Origin: a virus
Taxonomy: Duplodnaviria > Caudoviricetes
IMG/VR virus record: IMGVR_UViG_3300001765_000038
Span: 1 to 64,000 of that record
Direction: 5' to 3' (one strand)
DNA: 64,000 nucleotides
Of the stretch, positions 58,404 through 64,000 are shown one piece after another. Within the stretch, counting starts at the first letter, position 1; each line of letters begins with the position of its first letter. Below the pieces are notes generated by a model, which saw only the letters and a program-made list of their open reading frames with translations, ran no database searches and was not told the DNA's origin. Made by a program: the position numbers and the translations under genes.

Positions 58404-61121
58404 TTATGCAAAGCCAAGACCTTGTGTAGTTGTACCCGTTGAAGTATTTATCGTCATCATAGATCCTCTATTTCCACCATCTGCATTCATTGATACATGC
58501 ACCCATGCAGAACCAGAACTACCAGATGATTCAAGAATAAGTTGATCAAATGGCACACTATTTTTTATTTCACTTGCAAATTCTTGCATTAATTGTTTCT
58601 TATTGGCCGATTCTTCTATTGAACGTCTTGACAGATCAACTGCCATACCCTTGTTATGTTGTGATGTTCCCGTTCCCATTCTAAAGCCGCTATTGATAAT
58701 GAGATCAGGATATTTCTGTTTAAGTGGTTCAAGAACATTAATCGCTAACTGCATTAAATTACATACAATCTTATCTTGTGATAAACCTACTTGTCCATCA
58801 ATTCCCGGTAAGGGTGCTGAACCGCCACCCGGTCTTTTACATAATTGACCTAATGTGAAATTAGTAGATAATCTTGTGCTTGAACCAAATGGTTTTTGAT
58901 CTTCTAACGCTGCACAATCACCTTGATATGGTTTAATTGGTGGCGGCGGCAAATTATCTACTGGAATATCTGATGACGGTTCTGCTAATCTTGGAGTGTT
59001 ATTACTCAATCTTTGATCCTCTACATATTTTGCCTGTTCTTCTGGACTTGCATCTTCCATTAAAAAGTCATCTGATGATTGGCGAGTGGTAGGATCTAAT
59101 ACCTTAAGTTCTGGTTCAAATTCTTCAATATCAACTGCATCTTTCGCATCACCCGCATCGCCCGCATCTGCAGCAAGAGTTGACATACCAGAGTTCCAAT
59201 GGATCAATTGTGCATCACCAGCAATCATCACACCTGCAGTTAAACTCATTGTATCACCTGCACTACCAGCAATGTTTATACCTGCTTTATAATCATAATT
59301 ACCATCAATAGTTAAACGACTATCCATCAATACATGTTCATCTTTAGCACCATCAATTTTCAACATGTAATCGCCAACTGTATGTTCATCATAATTACCA
59401 TCTAACAACAATTTATAATCGCCACCTATGTGCCAGTCATAATTACCATCAACTCGCATTTTCATATCACCCTTAACCCAACAATCCCAATCACCATCTA
59501 TTTTTTGTCTGACATCACCTTGCACATATAGTTGAACGTCTCCCACAACTTCTACTTGTAATGACTTTTGAATAATGACACTAAAATCGCCATCAACTGT
59601 TATAAGACCAGTACCTGTAATATGAGTTTTATTGTCGTTTTCATTTATTTTAACTTCATTACCCTTGATACGACTTGTGATATTACCTTTAGAATCTATT
59701 TCAACAAAAGTACCCGTTTTATGATAGATGTGAATGCGCTCCATACCTTCAGTATCATCAATTTCTATAGTGTGCCCAGACTCAGATTCCAATACATGGT
59801 TAAATGGATAATCAGCATTGTAAGGAATTAATGTTTGATCCCATGTAGATTCAGAATTTGCTATTAATAGTTCTTTTTCACGTTCTTGCTCTTTAGGAAC
59901 AACAATTGTTTTTTCAATCGATTGATGCCGCGCTAATCGATGAGTATCAGGTTCTTCCAACCAATCTTCTTTTGGATATTTTTCATTAGGATCTTTAAAT
60001 CCTATTATATCTTTGGTGCCACGAATTCTTAATTTTTTACTTAGTTCGGGCATGTTTGCTGGATCAAACTTTGAACTCTCTGAACTAGAATTACTGTTGT
60101 TTTGGATATTTTTATCAATAGGAGCACTAGCTAAGTTTTGTGGTGTTGGTAATTCATTAGTTGCTTGCCCAGCAATTGCTTTTTGTCCCAGGTTATAATA
60201 TGATTGAGCACTTGTACCATTACCATCAACGGGATTACTACCATTTAAAAACTGTTTTGCACCACCAGCACCGACTAAATGTGCTGCTGTAAGCATGCCT
60301 GCTTGTTTTTCAGCAGGCACTGAATCATTTAAATTCAAACGTTTATAGTTAGTTTTCAAATTGCTATCCATTGCATTTTCTTGTGCAGATGGATTATTTA
60401 AAAATGAGTCCTTACTTGTAGTGCCATCTTTACCAGTCCAAAGACTTGGATTATTCATCGCCTGATTGCCATATTTGGCAGTCGATCCTGGACTTAAATA
60501 GCCTGCATCTTCCAATGCACCCGCACCCATTTGATATTTGCCCAAATAGTTGCGGCTATTTACTGCTTGATAATTATTACTTGATTCTCTATTGCCAATT
60601 GTTTGTTTTAACTTATCATATTGATCTTGTGATAAATTACCTAATGTATTATCGCCTGATGCAGTTGATGGTGAGACAACATAACCACCTGAACCAGTTT
60701 GAATAGGTGTGCCTGAACTGTCAGTCACTGCATTTTCTGGTACAGATGTGTTTCCCTTTGCTTGATTCTGAATAGTGTTCTGTAGAAAATCTTCAATATC
60801 TTCTGCTCGTGCATTATCTTCAATAGGAATTCCACCAATACTTCCCATCATAAATGGTTGCTGATATGAATCATCTAAAAACGTTACAACCAACCATGTA
60901 CCTTCGACTGGCCCAACAGGCGCTTGTCCGATACCAGACATTGCAGCACTATTGATTGCTTGAAGTGGCCACGCCCATGGTAAATCTTCTATAGGCAATT
61001 CGATTTTATTATCAGTATGTAACCCAAGCACCCTAACACGGCATCGCCCCAAAAACAGAGGATCCATTCGATCCTCTACAACACCAAACCAAAGAATTTT
61101 ATTGCCTATTTTATTATGCAT
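58404..61121 (-). CDS. gp5: Baseplate central spike (gp5) with lysozyme-like domain, beta-helix and C-terminal peptidase M15-like domain
   Basis: WFGVVEDRMDPLFLGRCRVRVLGLHT OB-fold; RESSNNY...YLGKYQMG; YPFNHVLESESGH.IEIDDT.G.ERIH..H.TGTF.E; GxYDxxxD octads; INSGFR...SQH.KG.AVD...WVHVS; start set to MHNK at 61121 with GGAG RBS. Confidence 0.93.
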   Translation of the reverse strand: MHNKIGNKILWFGVVEDRMDPLFLGRCRVRVLGLHTDNKIELPIEDLPWAWPLQAINSAAMSGIGQAPVGPVEGTWLVVTFLDDSYQQPFMMGSIGGIPIEDNARAEDIEDFLQNTIQNQAKGNTSVPENAVTDSSGTPIQTGSGGYVVSPSTASGDNTLGNLSQDQYDKLKQTIGNRESSNNYQAVNSRNYLGKYQMGAGALEDAGYLSPGSTAKYGNQAMNNPSLWTGKDGTTSKDSFLNNPSAQENAMDSNLKTNYKRLNLNDSVPAEKQAGMLTAAHLVGAGGAKQFLNGSNPVDGNGTSAQSYYNLGQKAIAGQATNELPTPQNLASAPIDKNIQNNSNSSSESSKFDPANMPELSKKLRIRGTKDIIGFKDPNEKYPKEDWLEEPDTHRLARHQSIEKTIVVPKEQEREKELLIANSESTWDQTLIPYNADYPFNHVLESESGHTIEIDDTEGMERIHIYHKTGTFVEIDSKGNITSRIKGNEVKINENDNKTHITGTGLITVDGDFSVIIQKSLQVEVVGDVQLYVQGDVRQKIDGDWDCWVKGDMKMRVDGNYDWHIGGDYKLLLDGNYDEHTVGDYMLKIDGAKDEHVLMDSRLTIDGNYDYKAGINIAGSAGDTMSLTAGVMIAGDAQLIHWNSGMSTLAADAGDAGDAKDAVDIEEFEPELKVLDPTTRQSSDDFLMEDASPEEQAKYVEDQRLSNNTPRLAEPSSDIPVDNLPPPPIKPYQGDCAALEDQKPFGSSTRLSTNFTLGQLCKRPGGGSAPLPGIDGQVGLSQDKIVCNLMQLAINVLEPLKQKYPDLIINSGFRMGTGTSQHNKGMAVDLSRRSIEESANKKQLMQEFASEIKNSVPFDQLILESSGSSGSAWVHVSMNADGGNRGSMMTINTSTGTTTQGLGFA

Positions 61122-62394
61122 ATTCAGTCTCCACACTTTCACGAGCTATATTTAAAACCATTGCATGTTTTTTTAATGTTAATCGATGCATTATAGAAGT
61201 CACTAGATAATTACCATTATATCTACTATCTGATGCACCTTCATTTTTTTCATCTGGAACAATTAAACCAAGACCGCCTATATTGACATTAATAACAGTT
61301 CCCACTTCTAAATCAGATCGACCATTAACAGTTATTTCTAATTTTACAGTATTAAGTTGTTCTAATAATGGTAATTTTTTAGTGAGTACTTTACCATAAT
61401 TATCTTCAGACATATCATTATGAACTTGCGGGTAAGTAGTTAATACAGACAATGCTGTATTCTTTGATGTAAGAATATTATCAGACGATACTTTACTCTC
61501 ACTTAAATGTGCAGTTTTATCGAAATCTTCTTTGTAATAATAACCACGTTTTGTGATGGTTTTAAGCAATATATTATGATCCCATACGAAATGTGAATAA
61601 AATCCATTTTCATATCTATTTAATACGTTGAATTTTTCTAATATATGTAAATCATAAATCTTCATTAATTCTGCTTCTACATCACGATAAGATTCTTTTA
61701 AAACCCCATTACGTGCTGGATCATTGTTATAGAAATATTTAATTTTAGGTTCTTTACCATTTTCATATATACTATTTAAAGATGTAAAAACGTATTTTTT
61801 ATTTGTTTCATAGAACACAAAATCGGACGCTTTAAACCCATCTGATGATTGTGCTCGTGATGTTAAATAATTAATACATCTAAATGGATTCCAACTTGGT
61901 GCCACAAATTTTAAATTATTAGTACTACTATCAAATTCTGTTTCTTTTATTGATTGTAATCCATTAGATCCTAATATACGAGAAATAATGTTATTTGGTG
62001 TTCCTGTAAATGCTTTTGTTATTCTACTATTCAAATCAATAATCGATTCTGGTGTTGTGAAATATAACGTATAAATCTGTTTATGTGGTGTGGGTGTTAA
62101 TATTGTGCCTAATTTATATACAGAAAAGACTTGTGTCACTCTAGCAGATTCGGGAAATCCAGGTGTTTTAAATACTAACTCAATCTTTTCTTCACCTATA
62201 ATAGGTAAGTTTTCAATTAAGTTATTAGTATCAACCATTGTAATTGAACCAGATAATGAATGAGAAAACATATCCTCATACAGTTCTATTTCAGAAAACA
62301 TGTTGCTAATATCATATGAATTATCTTTATAATCATATAATACTAGAGTAGATATTTCTACATCGCCACCTACTGCTAATTCATTATCATTCAT
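61114..62394 (-). CDS. Baseplate hub protein (gp27-like)
   Basis: IELYEDMFSHSLSGSITMVDTNNLIENLPIIGEE, FVFYET, L.VGTVINV, RYNGNYLVTSIMH; position between gp53 and gp5. Confidence 0.8.
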   Translation of the reverse strand: MNDNELAVGGDVEISTLVLYDYKDNSYDISNMFSEIELYEDMFSHSLSGSITMVDTNNLIENLPIIGEEKIELVFKTPGFPESARVTQVFSVYKLGTILTPTPHKQIYTLYFTTPESIIDLNSRITKAFTGTPNNIISRILGSNGLQSIKETEFDSSTNNLKFVAPSWNPFRCINYLTSRAQSSDGFKASDFVFYETNKKYVFTSLNSIYENGKEPKIKYFYNNDPARNGVLKESYRDVEAELMKIYDLHILEKFNVLNRYENGFYSHFVWDHNILLKTITKRGYYYKEDFDKTAHLSESKVSSDNILTSKNTALSVLTTYPQVHNDMSEDNYGKVLTKKLPLLEQLNTVKLEITVNGRSDLEVGTVINVNIGGLGLIVPDEKNEGASDSRYNGNYLVTSIMHRLTLKKHAMVLNIARESVETEYA

Positions 62395-62981
62395 GTTGTA
62401 GATTCTTTCAACGCTTTTAAATATGCCTTAATAAATTCACCAATATAATTACTTTTTATAAGTTTAATCTGTCTTTTTCTTTCATTCAGACCATCTTCGT
62501 ACTCATAATTAGTTACTGGTATACCTTCTAAAGTTTTATAATCACTCATCCATATGGGGTGAGTAGCATCAAGACCCTTTAATTGTGCATTGGTAGCATT
62601 TTTATAATCATAATAATATTCATCAACTACATTACCATCTGGATCTTCATAATGATGTATATCATAGATCTTATCTTCACCGTATTTACTTATAACAAAT
62701 TTCATCATAGAATCATATATCATTGGAAAGTCAGTGATGTAATCAAACCTGTTATTAATATACATAACAACCCAGTGATAATCCATCGTGTTATAAAATT
62801 TATATGATATGATTTCTGGTGTTTCTCCATCTAACATTGTGTAATTGAAAAACATATAACGGTTTTCAATATCAGTCATTCTATAATTTATTCGTACTAA
62901 AATATCTGGAATAATAACCGGAATAGCATTCTCATTACGAATTGCTAAATCATACATAATTTTTGGTAAATTTTTAATCAT
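62391..62981 (-). CDS. gp53: Baseplate wedge protein (gp53, LysM-like)
   Basis: Y...DGETPEIISYKFY..MDYHWVVMYIN, IHHYED, V.NYEYE..LNERKRQIKLI. Confidence 0.93.
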   Translation of the reverse strand: MIKNLPKIMYDLAIRNENAIPVIIPDILVRINYRMTDIENRYMFFNYTMLDGETPEIISYKFYNTMDYHWVVMYINNRFDYITDFPMIYDSMMKFVISKYGEDKIYDIHHYEDPDGNVVDEYYYDYKNATNAQLKGLDATHPIWMSDYKTLEGIPVTNYEYEDGLNERKRQIKLIKSNYIGEFIKAYLKALKESTT

Positions 62982-64000
62982 TAAGTTCTATCCCTAGCAT
63001 TAATTATTCCCGCAGCAGAACCAATAGGATTGTCTGCTGCAAATGAGGCCGCTGCATCAGAAACACCAGTTGAAGTTGTCGGCCCTTCGCCAAATTCATC
63101 TAAACGATCTTTTGTCAATGGTTCTAATTCAGTAAAGGTTAATGACATTGTTACTGCGGTCGGATAACCATTTGTATCTTTGAATGCAGACCATACACCG
63201 TCTGGTGTATAATTTACTGACATATCTGTTAATGCACATGTCGCAATACTACCAATAAATTGATTAACTTGTCGTGTGCCAGAATCATTGTTTTTTGTGC
63301 CACTATAAAAATCTATTTCAAATTCTGCAGGGAATATTAAATATTCACCAGATGTTATTTCTGGATGCATGTGATATTTAAATGTATCAATGATTCTTAT
63401 TACATTTCCTGCTTCTGTTCTTGATCTTGGTGCCATTAAAAATTCAAAGGTGAACGTTCTAAAGTTCATACCATTAAATATTGATTCAGAATTAGGGTTA
63501 GATAATTTACCTTGCAATTTATTAGCAACTTCTTTACTTGATGTTATCGCTGCTAAAATATTACCTACGGTACCTTGTGCAAATCTATTTGCCATCGATC
63601 CTGCCATGCTACTTATTGCATCTGTTACTTGACCACCGCTCTTATTAGCTTCTCGTGATAATAAATTGATAATAGCGTTAGAATCAGCTTGTTCATATTT
63701 AGCACTCCATGATTCAACCCAATTGTTAGGCATATACATGGCAATGGCGCTCTTTAATTGTTTATAACCAGGTGCAAATGTAATCGTTTGTCCGCCTACT
63801 GTCATTGATGTAATACCAGCATTCGCTGCTGCTTTTCCAATATTACCCGTCCCACTCTTTTTAGACATTGGTGCAGCACCAGAAAATAATGTGTTTGCAG
63901 CATCACCAATTTTTGATTTACCTGGAACATTTATGAAGAATACTACCATATGCTTTTTATCTTCTTGAAAAAGATCTATGGGGTACGTCAATTCATCAAT
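62981..64000 (-). CDS. gp48: Baseplate tail-tube cap (gp48-like), probably 5'-truncated by the window edge
   Basis: YP.DL, IAMYMP, NP..ESIFNGMNFRTFTFEFLMAPRS..EA..V..II..FK..M.P, CALTDMSVNYTPDG, LTFTELEPLT; the frame stays open upstream of the TTG at 63991 (ATT GAT GAA TTG). Confidence 0.9.
   Translation of the reverse strand: MDELTYPIDLFQEDKKHMVVFFINVPGKSKIGDAANTLFSGAAPMSKKSGTGNIGKAAANAGITSMTVGGQTITFAPGYKQLKSAIAMYMPNNWVESWSAKYEQADSNAIINLLSREANKSGGQVTDAISSMAGSMANRFAQGTVGNILAAITSSKEVANKLQGKLSNPNSESIFNGMNFRTFTFEFLMAPRSRTEAGNVIRIIDTFKYHMHPEITSGEYLIFPAEFEIDFYSGTKNNDSGTRQVNQFIGSIATCALTDMSVNYTPDGVWSAFKDTNGYPTAVTMSLTFTELEPLTKDRLDEFGEGPTTSTGVSDAAASFAADNPIGSAAGIINARDRT

Noticed and set aside
1-64000. 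tRNA, rRNA, introns, inteins, homing endonucleases, transposases
   Set aside because: Intergenic gaps are at most about 110 nt with no cloverleaf seen; no GIY-YIG, HNH, LAGLIDADG or intein motifs recognised in any ORF

Overview
The whole window is part of the late (virion morphogenesis) region of an AT-rich T4-like myovirus. All real genes are on the minus strand and use the standard bacterial code. In transcription order (right to left): gp48 (5'-truncated), gp53, baseplate hub, gp5 (with a lysozyme-like insert and a C-terminal M15 peptidase), a 5017-aa protein, PAAR gp5.4, gp25, gp6, gp7, gp8, a DUF4815/VrlC-like virion protein and a second, split paralogue of it, a small conserved ORF, a fibre protein, a 10-gene glycosyltransferase/methyltransferase/sulfotransferase/oxygenase cluster, then gp18, gp19, gp20, gp67, an unusual ORF at the gp68 position, gp21 and gp22 (3'-truncated). 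Main observations: (1) The 5017-aa protein looks like a small gp5.1-type protein whose loop has been expanded by 91 RCC1-like blades, i.e. 13 seven-bladed propellers, two of them nested inside a blade of another. (2) Two more propellers are inserted into the second DUF4815 paralogue, which is broken by a single-base frame offset. (3) The glycan-modification cluster has its own perfect T4 late promoter and sits where gp13-gp17 normally lie, suggesting virion glycosylation. All family assignments come from reading motifs and gene order by eye; no database search was run.
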